A DNA stretch of 64,000 nucleotides from Planctomycetota bacterium (GTDB lineage Bacteria; Planctomycetota; SZUA-567; H5-PLA8). Position 1 is the stretch's first letter. Each line of letters opens with the position of its first letter. The translations under genes and the position numbers were made by a program. Below the pieces are notes generated by a model. The model had not been told where the DNA came from. It searched no databases and saw nothing but the letters and a program-made list of their open reading frames with translations. The stretch lies in assembly GCA_023150555.1 (NCBI GenBank), contig JAKLKQ010000007.1:65253-129252 (forward strand), in the 5' to 3' direction. Of this stretch, positions 39,166-48,844 are shown one piece after another.

Positions 39166-41109
39166 TTACGCGGGGCTTCTGGTCTTTACCTCGGTACTCC
39201 ACGTCTCGTTCCGGGTCTCGGTCTGGCCGCCGGCCATCTCCTTGTCGGTAACGTCCAGGCCGACGGAGATCAGGTTCCCGTTCGGCAGGCGGAAATTGGC
39301 CCACTGCTGCCTGCGAGGCGAACCGTCCTTGGCGCGCACGGTGTAAGGCCGGAACGTCCCATCGCCCGATTCGACGGCCTTCCACACCACGTCGCGGACC
39401 TTCGGATCGGCGTAGAAGAGGGCCATCGGGTCGGCGCAGGCCATCACCTCCTCGGACTTCCAGCCCAGGTACTTCTCGCATTCCTTGTTCCACAGGATGC
39501 AGCGCCGGTCTGCGTCGAACCCGTCGATCATCACCGGGGCGTGCTCGAGGATGGTCTGGAAGCGCTGTTCGCTCTCCGCCAGCTTCTCGTCCGCTTTTCG
39601 CCGGTTCGAGATGTCGGTGCTGACACCCAGCACAGTCTCCACGCGGCCATCCCGGATCAGCGGCACCAGGCGAACGATGTAGGTTCGTTTGAAGAGGTCC
39701 GCGAGTTCCAGTTCCTGGCGCTCCGCGGTGCGGAAGACCTGTTCCACCGCGCAGCGGAACGCCGTCCGGTGGGGCGGGTGGATGAACTGGTCCGCGCGCT
39801 GCCCGATGACCTGGTCCTTCTTGTAGCCGGTCGCCACGTGGTTGATGTAGAGGATGGTCAGGTTGGCGTCGTACAGGAGAATATTGCTGGGTACGTTCTC
39901 CAGCAGCTTACGGTTACGCTCTTCGCTGGAACGGATCGTCTCCTCCATCTGCCGGCGCTCGGTGATGTCGCGGACGATGATCGCGATGCGCACCACCTTG
40001 CCGTGGCGGTCCTTGATCGGGTGCGCGATGGTGTCGAAGAACCGGCCGTTGCGCTGATCTTCCTCGCGCATCGGCGCGCCGGTGCGAACGATCTCGGCGG
40101 CGTAGGCTTTCCGCTGCTCGGCGATCTCCTTCGGGAAATGGTTCCAGAGTATCTTGCCCACCATGTCCTCGGGGCGCGTGCGCATGTGCTTGGCCATCGT
40201 CTCGTTGACGGCCAGCACCCGCCCGTCGGGCTCGATCAACACCGACAATTCGAACGGCGTATTGAGAACTACGCGCGTCGTCTCCTCGCTCTCGCTGAGC
40301 GCCTGCAGAAGGTTCTCGCGCTCGGTGATGTCGTGAAAGACCGTGCTCACGCCGGACACGGTTCCGTCGTCCAGCCGCAACGGGAAGTGGCTCAACAGCG
40401 CGACGAATTCCTCCTGCGGGCGCGACGGGAGACGCCCCCGCAGTTCCAGGTCGAAGACCGGTTCGCCGGTCTCGATCACCTGCCGCAGCATGGGCTCGAC
40501 GGCATCGGCCAGGTCCGGCAGAATCTCCCGCACCGTCCGGCCGAAGTGTTCGTCCACCGAACGCCCGCTGAGCTCCGCCATCAAGCCGTTGACGCGGATG
40601 TACTGCAGGTTGGTGTCCACCATGCACAGGCCGACCGGCACCGTGCGATAGTGGTGTTCCAGTTCGGCAAATCGCTTGCGCGCGCGCTCCTCGCTCTGCT
40701 TCAGCGCATTCCGCGTGCGGATGCGCTTGGCCCGGATCCGCGCCCAGCGCTGCGCGACCTCCAGCCGCACCCGCAGGCGTTCGACATCAAGCGGCTCGCT
40801 CAGGCAATCGTGTGCGCCGGCGTCCAAGGCCTCGGCGACCACGGCCACCCGGGGCTCGCTCAGCAACGCGACGACCTGTGGCGTATGCGAATCGCCTTCG
40901 TGGCCAATCTCTCCGCACAGCTTCAGTTTTTCCGCTTGGTCCGACGCGCTTCCCCGCAGGTCCACCAGCAAAACGGCAAACTCCTCCGCCGCAAGCGCAT
41001 CGGCGGTCTCTTCCGCCGTCCGGCAGAAGACCGCTTCATAGCCCAGCGAGGCCACCAGGGGCTCAAGGCTGGCCGGTCCGGCCGAGGCACTCCATAATAG
41101 GATCTTCAT
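39166..41109 (-). CDS. Pseudo-receiver plus four PAS domains, with no output domain
   Basis: REC-like N-terminus and four PAS/PAC units ending DITE, DITE, DISN and DVTD, then a stop after about 25 aa. Confidence 0.85.
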   Translation of the reverse strand: MKILLWSASAGPASLEPLVASLGYEAVFCRTAEETADALAAEEFAVLLVDLRGSASDQAEKLKLCGEIGHEGDSHTPQVVALLSEPRVAVVAEALDAGAHDCLSEPLDVERLRVRLEVAQRWARIRAKRIRTRNALKQSEERARKRFAELEHHYRTVPVGLCMVDTNLQYIRVNGLMAELSGRSVDEHFGRTVREILPDLADAVEPMLRQVIETGEPVFDLELRGRLPSRPQEEFVALLSHFPLRLDDGTVSGVSTVFHDITERENLLQALSESEETTRVVLNTPFELSVLIEPDGRVLAVNETMAKHMRTRPEDMVGKILWNHFPKEIAEQRKAYAAEIVRTGAPMREEDQRNGRFFDTIAHPIKDRHGKVVRIAIIVRDITERRQMEETIRSSEERNRKLLENVPSNILLYDANLTILYINHVATGYKKDQVIGQRADQFIHPPHRTAFRCAVEQVFRTAERQELELADLFKRTYIVRLVPLIRDGRVETVLGVSTDISNRRKADEKLAESEQRFQTILEHAPVMIDGFDADRRCILWNKECEKYLGWKSEEVMACADPMALFYADPKVRDVVWKAVESGDGTFRPYTVRAKDGSPRRQQWANFRLPNGNLISVGLDVTDKEMAGGQTETRNETWSTEVKTRSPA

Positions 41110-41469
41110 ATCCCAATTCCTTCACGGTCATGTCGTCAACTGGATAGGTCGCTGCGTCCCATCGGCACAGCTAAGTATAGGGCACCTCGTGAAAATGTCA
41201 CCGGGCGTCTGGGGCCGTTTCAAATCGAGTAACGCACCTGCGCAATGGTCATAACCTGCCGCTCATATTTGAATAACGCACTCCAAATCGCGGGTTCGAG
41301 TGCCGAAATCACAATGCGCATTACGATCCCGGCCGCCTGAGTCCAGGAAATGAGGAAGGTGGCGGCTTGAACCTCGAGGAATTCCGGGGTATCGTCGGTG
41401 GTTCAGTCTGGTTGAGAAGCACCCTGCCCAGCATCGCAGGATCATCGTAGATCCGACAGGAACAGACCG

Positions 41470-42156
41470 ATGAGCAACCCGCGAACCGACGAAGCACTCG
41501 ACGCCGCACCGCGCCGCACCCGCGGCCGGCCGCCGAATCTCGAACTTCGCAACGCCAAACACAGCCGCATGCTCGACGCAGCCTTCGCGCTGTTCACGCA
41601 GAACGGCTACGACCAGGTGACCGTCGAAGAGATCGCGCGGGGCAGCAGCCAGTCCAAGGGCGCCTTCTACTGGTACTTCAAGGATAAGGAAGACTGCTTG
41701 CGCCAGGTGTTGCAGGAAAAGACCCGGCAGCTCGAGGAAATGCTGACCGAGGTCGTGCTGGCCCAGCCCACCGCGCGCGAGCAGCTGATGGGCATCGCAG
41801 ACTTCGAACAGTGGGTCGGCCAGGATCTCTTCCAGATCGTCGTGCTGCTGAACCACATGCAGCACTGCAGCTCGTCGGTCGCGCGCGACATGGCCAAGGA
41901 AATCGAGTCCCAGTGGATTCACGGCGCACGCCGGATGCTCTGCGACCTCGGCCGCAAGGCGGCCAAGGAGCAGGGCTGGTCCAAAGAACAAGCCGATGCC
42001 TTTGACTTCGAGTCCTGGAGCCTCTGCTGCCTTGCGAGCTGCGAGGGTCTGCTGCACCGCGCCCAGCAGTCGCCGGAGACCATGATCGAGCCGCGCCGCC
42101 TTACGTCCACGTTCCGCTCGATCTTCCTTGAGCCCTTCCTGCACGAGCCGAAGTAG
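41470..42156 (+). CDS. TetR family transcriptional regulator
   Basis: AAFALFTQNGYDQVTVEEIA..SKGAFYWYFKDKE. Confidence 0.93.
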   Translation: MSNPRTDEALDAAPRRTRGRPPNLELRNAKHSRMLDAAFALFTQNGYDQVTVEEIARGSSQSKGAFYWYFKDKEDCLRQVLQEKTRQLEEMLTEVVLAQPTAREQLMGIADFEQWVGQDLFQIVVLLNHMQHCSSSVARDMAKEIESQWIHGARRMLCDLGRKAAKEQGWSKEQADAFDFESWSLCCLASCEGLLHRAQQSPETMIEPRRLTSTFRSIFLEPFLHEPK

Positions 42157-42168
42157 CGACGACGCCGC

Positions 42169-42624
42169 TCACGTCAGCGGCGGACCCACGAATTCGATGC
42201 CGAACTTCATCGCGATCTCCGCCAAGGCCGCGATCTGTTCCGGCGTCGGGGCACTCGCCGGCGGCATACCGTCCCCTTGTGCGGGGCGGGCCACCGCCTT
42301 CACGAAACGCTCGAAATCCGTGTGGGCCGTAACCGTGATAAACCGCGCGCCGCCGGGCGAAATCACCCGGTAGCCGTGCGGCACGTTCTTGGTCGCGCAG
42401 AACGAATCGCCCGCCTTGGCCCGGCGCTCCTGGCCACCGACAATCACGCGCAGTTCACCTTCCAGCACGACGAAGACCTCATCTTCGGTGCGATGAAGAT
42501 GCAGCGGCGGCGCGTCACCCATCGACACCCGGTGATCCAGCACCGATAGTCCGTCCGGGCCTTCCGTATGCGAAGCCCGCACGACAACGAGGCTGTTCAG
42601 GAACCAGTAACGTTCATTAGCCAT
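42169..42624 (-). CDS. Cupin domain protein (quercetinase-like)
   Basis: PPLHLHRTEDEVFVVLEG and VPHGY. Confidence 0.92.
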   Translation of the reverse strand: MANERYWFLNSLVVVRASHTEGPDGLSVLDHRVSMGDAPPLHLHRTEDEVFVVLEGELRVIVGGQERRAKAGDSFCATKNVPHGYRVISPGGARFITVTAHTDFERFVKAVARPAQGDGMPPASAPTPEQIAALAEIAMKFGIEFVGPPLT

Positions 42625-42634
42625 GGCGTGCGCC

Positions 42635-42835
42635 TTAGTCGTGATGGTCCGCGGGACGCAGGTTCTCGGCGCCCTTCAATCGCCCGATCAGTTGCGCCGG
42701 ATCATGGATCAGAACGGGCATGTGCTGCGGGCAGATCCAGAGCTTCCCGCCCTGGTAGTGCAGGTTGATCAAGGGCGTCTGGTGCTCGTCTCGATTGCAG
42801 AACAAGCAGGCTTTTTCTTTCTTCGGTTCGCTCAT
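42635..42835 (-). CDS. Small CxxC...CxxH putative metal-binding protein
   Basis: CLFC..WICPQHMPVLIHDP, AGGAG RBS, and a tight fit between the doxX and cupin genes. Confidence 0.8.
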   Translation of the reverse strand: MSEPKKEKACLFCNRDEHQTPLINLHYQGGKLWICPQHMPVLIHDPAQLIGRLKGAENLRPADHHD

Positions 42836-42877
42836 GGCGTCTCTCCTAAACGATCGAACGGTCGTAATGCCCCTGCG

Positions 42878-43312
42878 TCATTCCTTTTCGCCAAAGATAA
42901 CGCGGTCGAGCGAGAAACGCCCCGAACCGGCCAGCAGGAAAAGCAAAGCAATGCAGAAGTACACGGCTGCCAACTCGTACGAGGCCCCCGGCCCCTGCGG
43001 AACGAACGGGTCGCCGCGCACTACGGCATGAAAGTGGGCCGCGACGGCCATGGTGCAGAGCAGGCCAAGGGACGCCAGCCGGGTAAGCAGACCCAACATC
43101 CACGCCAGCCCGCCACCGAACTCCGAGATCGCAGCCAAGGCCAGAAAAACCCCCGGAATGGCGCTGTCCGGCCCCGCCCAGCCTGTGGGATTCTGGATTT
43201 TTCCCCAGCCATGGTGCATGAAAGCCAGTCCGGCCACCAGGCGCAGGACCAGGAAGCCGGTGGAGGCGGCGGCCGACAGACGCGGTGTCTTGAACAGATC
43301 GAGCGGCTTCAT
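42878..43312 (-). CDS. DoxX family membrane protein
   Basis: LVLRLVAGLAFMHHGWGKI, EFGGG..LGLLTR and GSGRFSLD; GGAG RBS before the ATG at 43312. Confidence 0.93.
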   Translation of the reverse strand: MKPLDLFKTPRLSAAASTGFLVLRLVAGLAFMHHGWGKIQNPTGWAGPDSAIPGVFLALAAISEFGGGLAWMLGLLTRLASLGLLCTMAVAAHFHAVVRGDPFVPQGPGASYELAAVYFCIALLFLLAGSGRFSLDRVIFGEKE

Positions 43313-43379
43313 CAATGGTCTCCAAGAGGGTCCTGCATGGTAGCACTCTCTCCCATTCCTGCTAACACAGGCGGCCGCG

Positions 43380-45164
43380 TCAGCACGGTCGCGCACATTC
43401 CGGCTTCACGAACGCCTTGATAACCTTCGCCTCGCCGAGGCCGGTATTCACCAACCGGTATGACCCGGCCGCGGCCGGCACGACAAAGGTCTCGGCGTAG
43501 TTCACCCGCAACCCCGCGCCAGCGGACGTCTCGACCCTCACCGGGCCGCCCTCGACGACGTTCAACACATGGCAGGCGTCTTCCGAGCGCACGTCCACCG
43601 CAGTAATGAATTCGTAGCGCTCGACGTCGTAAAAGTGTGCGCGGTGCGTCGGCAGGCGAATGCGCTTCCACCCGTCGCCGCGCGCGATTTCCCGCGGCAC
43701 ACTGACAAGCTCGGCGCGTACTTTCGGGCCTTGGCGCCCAAAGCACAGGTTGTCCATCGCGCGGGCGATATTCAGGGGGCGCGGCCGCCCGTCCAGGTCC
43801 AGGCGCTGCCAGTCGTACATCTTGAAGGTGAAGATGTACGGCGTCGCACTGATCTCCAGAACGACGTTGCCGGCGCCGCTGCAATGGATCGTGCCATTGG
43901 GAATCAGAAAGAGATAGTGTTTGTGCGCAGGCTCCACGTTCACGAAGCGCTCGGCGTCCAGCGGCACGGCCTCCCGGTAGCTCTTCTCCAGCGCCGCGCG
44001 GAAGGCCTGCGGATCGACGCCTTCGCGAAAGCCCAGGTACACCTGCGCGCCCGGCTTGCAGTCGAGGATGTAATACGTCTCATCCTGCGTGAAGGGTTCC
44101 CCGAAGTTCGAGCGGATGAACTCGGGACGCGGGTGGCACTGCACCGACAGGTTGCCGCCCTCGACGGTATCGAGATAATCGAAGCGAATCGGAAAGTCGA
44201 AGCCGAAGCGCGCAGCGGCCGTACCCAGTACCGCCTCGTGCGCGTGGAACATCAGCAGGTCGAAGCTGCACTCCAGCAGCCGGCTCTGGTGCTCGACGAG
44301 CAGTCCGTTCTCCGGCGCGATCAGTTCGAACGACCATGCGTAGTTTGCCGCACCCTGCGGCAGTTGCGGAACCTTTTTTTTCAGCCATTGCCCACCCCAA
44401 GGCCCGGGCTCGAACCACGGCCGCGGGCGAAAGGGTGCATGCGCCATGCGCTCCAGCGTCGCGCGCAAGTCGGCGCCTACCATCGACGAAGGTTCGGACG
44501 GCCGCTGCGCGTCGACGAAATAGCCGATGCGGGGAAGCAGCGCGCGTTTGTGCGCATTCAGCGCGGGCCAGTCGACGAAGTACGAACGCTTGTAGGCGGG
44601 CTTCGGGTCCGTGGCCTTGTGCATGCCCACGTTCGCAACGCTGCCGGCGCGCGCGCGGAACTGGATCTCGTTCTTGGGCACGTCGAGATACACCAGCGGG
44701 CCGGCCCAAACCTCCACATTGCACAACGCCGCACCGCAGCCGTAGCAGATACTCAGCTTCGCGCCGCCGGGGCGCAGGGCCTTCAGCCTGGCTGCGTCGA
44801 AGAACGCACAAAGCTCCCCGTCGAAGCGCATGCCGAAGATCGGGTCGTCGCCGCCCAGGTACGGCGCAACGTGCCGCTCGATCTCGTGCTCAGGCAGGAG
44901 CGCGTCGTCGATACAGACCCACTCGGCCTCGACGCCCAAGGCTTTCAGCGCCGCGTCCAAACCCTGGCGAAAGTCGCTCCAAAGCACGCCTGCGTATCCA
45001 TCGATGACCGCGTGCCGGTGCCGCGCCAACGCACGAGCGAGGTATCCGAACCCTGGGTAAATCTCGCCGGCGGCGGGAAAGGCCGGGTAGAGGTCGTAGG
45101 CTCCGTCCGGCGGCGAGGGACGCTTCGAGGGTAATAGGTCCTGCGTGGTTTTTCGGAAGGACAT
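43380..45164 (-). CDS. Long class I mannose-6-phosphate isomerase-like protein
   Basis: PWGGQW, WSFE, PIRFDYLDT..NLSVQCHP, QDETYY, GTIHCSG and LEIS. Confidence 0.85.
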   Translation of the reverse strand: MSFRKTTQDLLPSKRPSPPDGAYDLYPAFPAAGEIYPGFGYLARALARHRHAVIDGYAGVLWSDFRQGLDAALKALGVEAEWVCIDDALLPEHEIERHVAPYLGGDDPIFGMRFDGELCAFFDAARLKALRPGGAKLSICYGCGAALCNVEVWAGPLVYLDVPKNEIQFRARAGSVANVGMHKATDPKPAYKRSYFVDWPALNAHKRALLPRIGYFVDAQRPSEPSSMVGADLRATLERMAHAPFRPRPWFEPGPWGGQWLKKKVPQLPQGAANYAWSFELIAPENGLLVEHQSRLLECSFDLLMFHAHEAVLGTAAARFGFDFPIRFDYLDTVEGGNLSVQCHPRPEFIRSNFGEPFTQDETYYILDCKPGAQVYLGFREGVDPQAFRAALEKSYREAVPLDAERFVNVEPAHKHYLFLIPNGTIHCSGAGNVVLEISATPYIFTFKMYDWQRLDLDGRPRPLNIARAMDNLCFGRQGPKVRAELVSVPREIARGDGWKRIRLPTHRAHFYDVERYEFITAVDVRSEDACHVLNVVEGGPVRVETSAGAGLRVNYAETFVVPAAAGSYRLVNTGLGEAKVIKAFVKPECARPC

Positions 45165-45285
45165 GATCTTCGATTTCGTCCCCGGCGTCCGTGGCTCGGC
45201 GAGTCGCCTGCCCGCCTCCTTTATCAGGGGATTCACGCAGGGCGGCAAGAGCCTTCCGCGCAGCAGATCCTTTTGTGCGGCGGCA

Positions 45286-46923
45286 TCAGCCCACGCCAAA
45301 AACCTTCAGCACCTCATCGGCAGCGCGCACGCCCTGGTACTGGGCTTCCTCGAACAAAGCCACGCCGCTGAGGTCCGAATGCGCGAAATGAATGCCGCGG
45401 AAGGGCGCCGCCGCCTGCCGGCGCGCCTGCCCCCACAGGAAGCCGGGCTTGGGCCGAACCATCGCGTGGCCCCACCGCATCACGTCCAGCCGTTCGCAGA
45501 GGGACCGGATCTCCGGGTGCGGCCGCGCGAGATCGGCCAACGCCGTCTCCGCCCACGCGTCGCGATCCGTGGCGAGCAGCCGCGCGCGGGCCTGCTTCGG
45601 ATCCGAATCGCAGAGCGGATAATAATAGGTGAACACCGTCGGGCCCCGTTCCCGGCCCGCCTGATGGGTCGCGACCACGTAGCCCAGCGACGGGCTGTCG
45701 TAGATGACGTTGTCCCAGCAGAGCGGATAGCCGGGCTCGGCTGGGCGGTCTTTTAGCGTCAGATTGGCAACCATCCACGCCCCGTATTCGAAGGCTCCCA
45801 CATGCGAAGGTGGATCGGAGCGCCACGGCCGGATCACGTAACGCGCCAGGAACTGAGGCGCCGCGAAGATTACGCACTTCGCGCGATAGGCTGCGCCGCA
45901 CTCGTTGACGCGATCGAAGGCGCGGATCTCCACTTCCGCCTTTCCGTTGCGCTCCACGGGATTCACGTCAGCGACCGCGAGGCCAGTGCGGATTTTCTCG
46001 CGCGCCAACGAGGTCAAGTATTCGACGATGCGACCGTTGCCCTGCGGCCACGTGACCAGCGGCCGTGATTCGCTGCTGGAGCGCACCAAACGTGACGCAT
46101 AATAGAAGACTCCGGCCCAGGCGCTGGTCTGCTCCAGTTCGGCGCCGTAGTCGTCGCGGCAGGCGTAGCGGACGAAGCGGCAGAGCCGCTCCGAAGTGAA
46201 GCCGTTGCGCGATAGGAATTCGGCCATGCTCATGCGGTCGAGTTCGGCCAGGATCGCATCGTCCGATCCCAGGCTCAGGGGAATCTCGAATGCCCTGCGC
46301 CCCTGGCCGTCCCGCATTCCCGCGTACTTGCCGATGAGCGCTTCGAACGCGGCGAGTTGCCGCAGGTCTTCCTCCGACGCGCCGGCGCGCTGGTACAGGC
46401 CTTCCTCCCAGCGGCCCATGTGGAACAAGCGTTCGTCGGGATCCCGAACGACGAACTGCTCGCCGACCACCGGCTCGCCGCGTTCGTCGGTTCCGTCCAG
46501 GATGCCCATCTCGCCGAGCAGATCCGTGAGCGGCCTGTTGCGCGCCGACGGCGCGCAGATGTAGTGCGCGCCCCACGGATAGGCAGTCACCGCGTTCCGC
46601 CCGCCGCGCGCGGTGCCGCCCGCTTCGGATTCAAGTTCCAAGAGAAAGAAATCTCGGTACCCTGCGCGCAGCAGGCGCCACGCGGCGCTGAGTCCCGCCA
46701 CGCCGCCGCCGACAATGACGACGCCCGCCGATTGCCAGGCCTCGGAGGGCGGCTCCGGAGGCGCTTCGGTGCGCAGTCGGTGGCCGAAGTCGAGGGAGGC
46801 GCCGGCCAGGCTGCCGGGTGGTAGGTCGCGTTCCTGCTTCGAAGTACCGCAGCCGCCCAGGGCCGCCAGGGCCGGCGCGCCGAGGAAGAGGCGCAGAATC
46901 TCGCGGCGGGTCATGCGCGTCAT
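45286..46923 (-). CDS. FAD-dependent amine-oxidase-like oxidoreductase with a Tat/lipoprotein signal
   Basis: TRREILRLF, LGGC, Rossmann GGGVAGLSAA, PWGAHY, WGHAM and FEEA. Confidence 0.9.
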   Translation of the reverse strand: MTRMTRREILRLFLGAPALAALGGCGTSKQERDLPPGSLAGASLDFGHRLRTEAPPEPPSEAWQSAGVVIVGGGVAGLSAAWRLLRAGYRDFFLLELESEAGGTARGGRNAVTAYPWGAHYICAPSARNRPLTDLLGEMGILDGTDERGEPVVGEQFVVRDPDERLFHMGRWEEGLYQRAGASEEDLRQLAAFEALIGKYAGMRDGQGRRAFEIPLSLGSDDAILAELDRMSMAEFLSRNGFTSERLCRFVRYACRDDYGAELEQTSAWAGVFYYASRLVRSSSESRPLVTWPQGNGRIVEYLTSLAREKIRTGLAVADVNPVERNGKAEVEIRAFDRVNECGAAYRAKCVIFAAPQFLARYVIRPWRSDPPSHVGAFEYGAWMVANLTLKDRPAEPGYPLCWDNVIYDSPSLGYVVATHQAGRERGPTVFTYYYPLCDSDPKQARARLLATDRDAWAETALADLARPHPEIRSLCERLDVMRWGHAMVRPKPGFLWGQARRQAAAPFRGIHFAHSDLSGVALFEEAQYQGVRAADEVLKVFGVG

Positions 46924-46929
46924 GGCCGG

Positions 46930-48429
46930 TCAGTCCCAGCGCCGAAGTTCGTCGTCGTAGTAACGGACGAGCACCTGGTTATCGAGCCGGTTGATCTCGA
47001 CTTCCACCGGCCCCATGTCGGCATTAAGCACAAAGAGTGCGGCCAGGCTCGGCGTATCCAAGGAACGCACCTCGGCGGAGATCGTGTGCGGAAGCTCAAA
47101 TTCCGTCTGCGACGCCAGGGAGAAACCCCACACGCCGAAAGACGGCACGGCCGTCTGGTACGGTTTGACGTGGAAGCCCGCCTTTCCCATCGTGCGGTTG
47201 ATGCACCAAAAGGACTTTCGCGCAAACAGCGGCGAGGTGCTCTGCACGGCAACTCGGCCTCCGGGCGCCAGGCGCGCCTTCAGAAGCCGGTAGAAGCGCG
47301 TCGTGTAGAGTTTGCCCAACGAGAAATTACTGGGATCGGGGAAGTCGACCAGCACCACGTCGAAGGACTCGTTGCACTCCTCCAGCCACAGCATGGCGTC
47401 GCGGTTGACGACGCGCACGCGCGGGTCGTCGAACGAATGCGCATTCAACACCGCCAGCGGCGGAAAACTGCTCGAGAGCTCCGTCATGCCGGGATCCAGG
47501 TCGACCAGCGTCACTTGTTCCACCTGCGTGTACTTTAGGATCTCACGCAGGGCCAGCCCGTCGCCGCCGCCCAGCACCGCAACCCGCCTCGGCGTTGCGC
47601 ACGAAGCCATGGCCGGATGAACCAGCGCTTCGTGGTACCGGTACTCGTCGATCGAATTGAACTGGAGATGTCCGTTCAGATACAACTGGAAGCCGCCGCC
47701 GCCGCGCGTGACCACTATGCGCTGGTAGTGCGTGTTCTTCGCGTACACGATCTCGTCGTTGTAGAGGTTGTCCTCAGCGAGGCTCGTCAGGTAACCGGCG
47801 CCGGCAAAGCCCGCGGCCAGCAGGACCAGCACCAGGGCACAGCGCACGCGCAGGCCCGCGACCCGCGCCAGCTGCGGCCGCAGGATGAAGGTCGCCCACA
47901 GTCCGACGAGTCCGTTGAGCAGCCCGAATGCGAGGCTGGTGCGCACCAGTCCCAGGTACGGGACCAGCAGAATGGGAAATAGGATGGAGGCCGCCAGCGC
48001 GCCGAGGTAATCGAAGGTCAGCACGCGCGCGACAAGGTCTTTGAACTCGAACGAATCCTTCAGCAGGCGCATCAGGATGGGGATCTCGAGGCCCACCAGC
48101 ACGCCAATGGCGAAGACCATCCCGTAGAGCGCCGGATAGAAGTGCCGCATGTGTGCGAAGATCAGGAAAAGGATGGGCGCCGAAAATCCGCCCAGGAGCG
48201 CCACCGCAAGCTCGATTTCAATGAAGCGCCTGGCCAAGCCCTGTTCCAGGTACTTCGAGAGCCACGAGCCTACGCCGAGCGCCGACAGGTATAGCCCGAT
48301 GATCAGCGAGAACTGCGTGACGCTGTCGCCCATCACGTAGGACGCAAGCGTCCCCGCGAGCAGTTCGTACACCAGCCCGCACGCGGCGACGACCGCAACG
48401 TTTAGGAATAGAACGGGCGCCCGGTTCAT
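46930..48429 (-). CDS. speE: Membrane-domain-fused polyamine aminopropyltransferase
   Basis: About 7 N-terminal TMs, [23 protein letters not shown] and DFPDP. Confidence 0.93.
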   Translation of the reverse strand: MNRAPVLFLNVAVVAACGLVYELLAGTLASYVMGDSVTQFSLIIGLYLSALGVGSWLSKYLEQGLARRFIEIELAVALLGGFSAPILFLIFAHMRHFYPALYGMVFAIGVLVGLEIPILMRLLKDSFEFKDLVARVLTFDYLGALAASILFPILLVPYLGLVRTSLAFGLLNGLVGLWATFILRPQLARVAGLRVRCALVLVLLAAGFAGAGYLTSLAEDNLYNDEIVYAKNTHYQRIVVTRGGGGFQLYLNGHLQFNSIDEYRYHEALVHPAMASCATPRRVAVLGGGDGLALREILKYTQVEQVTLVDLDPGMTELSSSFPPLAVLNAHSFDDPRVRVVNRDAMLWLEECNESFDVVLVDFPDPSNFSLGKLYTTRFYRLLKARLAPGGRVAVQSTSPLFARKSFWCINRTMGKAGFHVKPYQTAVPSFGVWGFSLASQTEFELPHTISAEVRSLDTPSLAALFVLNADMGPVEVEINRLDNQVLVRYYDDELRRWD

Positions 48430-48431
48430 GG

Positions 48432-48659
48432 TCAGCCGTGGATCGCGGCAGCCACGATCAGCGCAATGCCCAGGATCACCGACGCCATGACTATGGCCAG
48501 CGCCGTGTTCTGGTCCGTCTCGATCTCCTCGCGGATTGAGAAGGGCGTGACCTTGCTCATGAGCCAGAAGGCCGCGCCGAACAGCACCACGCCCAGGCCC
48601 GTGAAGAGCAGGGACAGGATGACCTGCTGCAGGACCACGTCCCAATTGGTTGGCATCAT
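48432..48659 (-). CDS. DUF350 family membrane protein
   Basis: [33 protein letters not shown]; GGAGG RBS. Confidence 0.9.
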   Translation of the reverse strand: MMPTNWDVVLQQVILSLLFTGLGVVLFGAAFWLMSKVTPFSIREEIETDQNTALAIVMASVILGIALIVAAAIHG

Positions 48660-48835
48660 TTGCCTCCTCTGTATCCCGAGTACCTGGAAACCGCCGAGCG
48701 GTAGCTGCCGGCCTGCCGCGCGTCGGGGCCGATCACCTCCGCGCCCTCGCTGTCGAACTCCATGCCGGTCCACGCGATCACCGCGTAAGTGGCCAGCAGC
48801 GCGCCGCCGACCAGCATGTAGAATTTTCGAAGCAT
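48656..48835 (-). CDS. 59-aa single-TM small protein ending GYRGGK (missing from the ORF track)
   Basis: Manual translation [70 protein letters not shown]; ATGA overlap with DUF350. Confidence 0.85.
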   Translation of the reverse strand: MLRKFYMLVGGALLATYAVIAWTGMEFDSEGAEVIGPDARQAGSYRSAVSRYSGYRGGK

Positions 48836-48844
48836 GGCGCCTCC

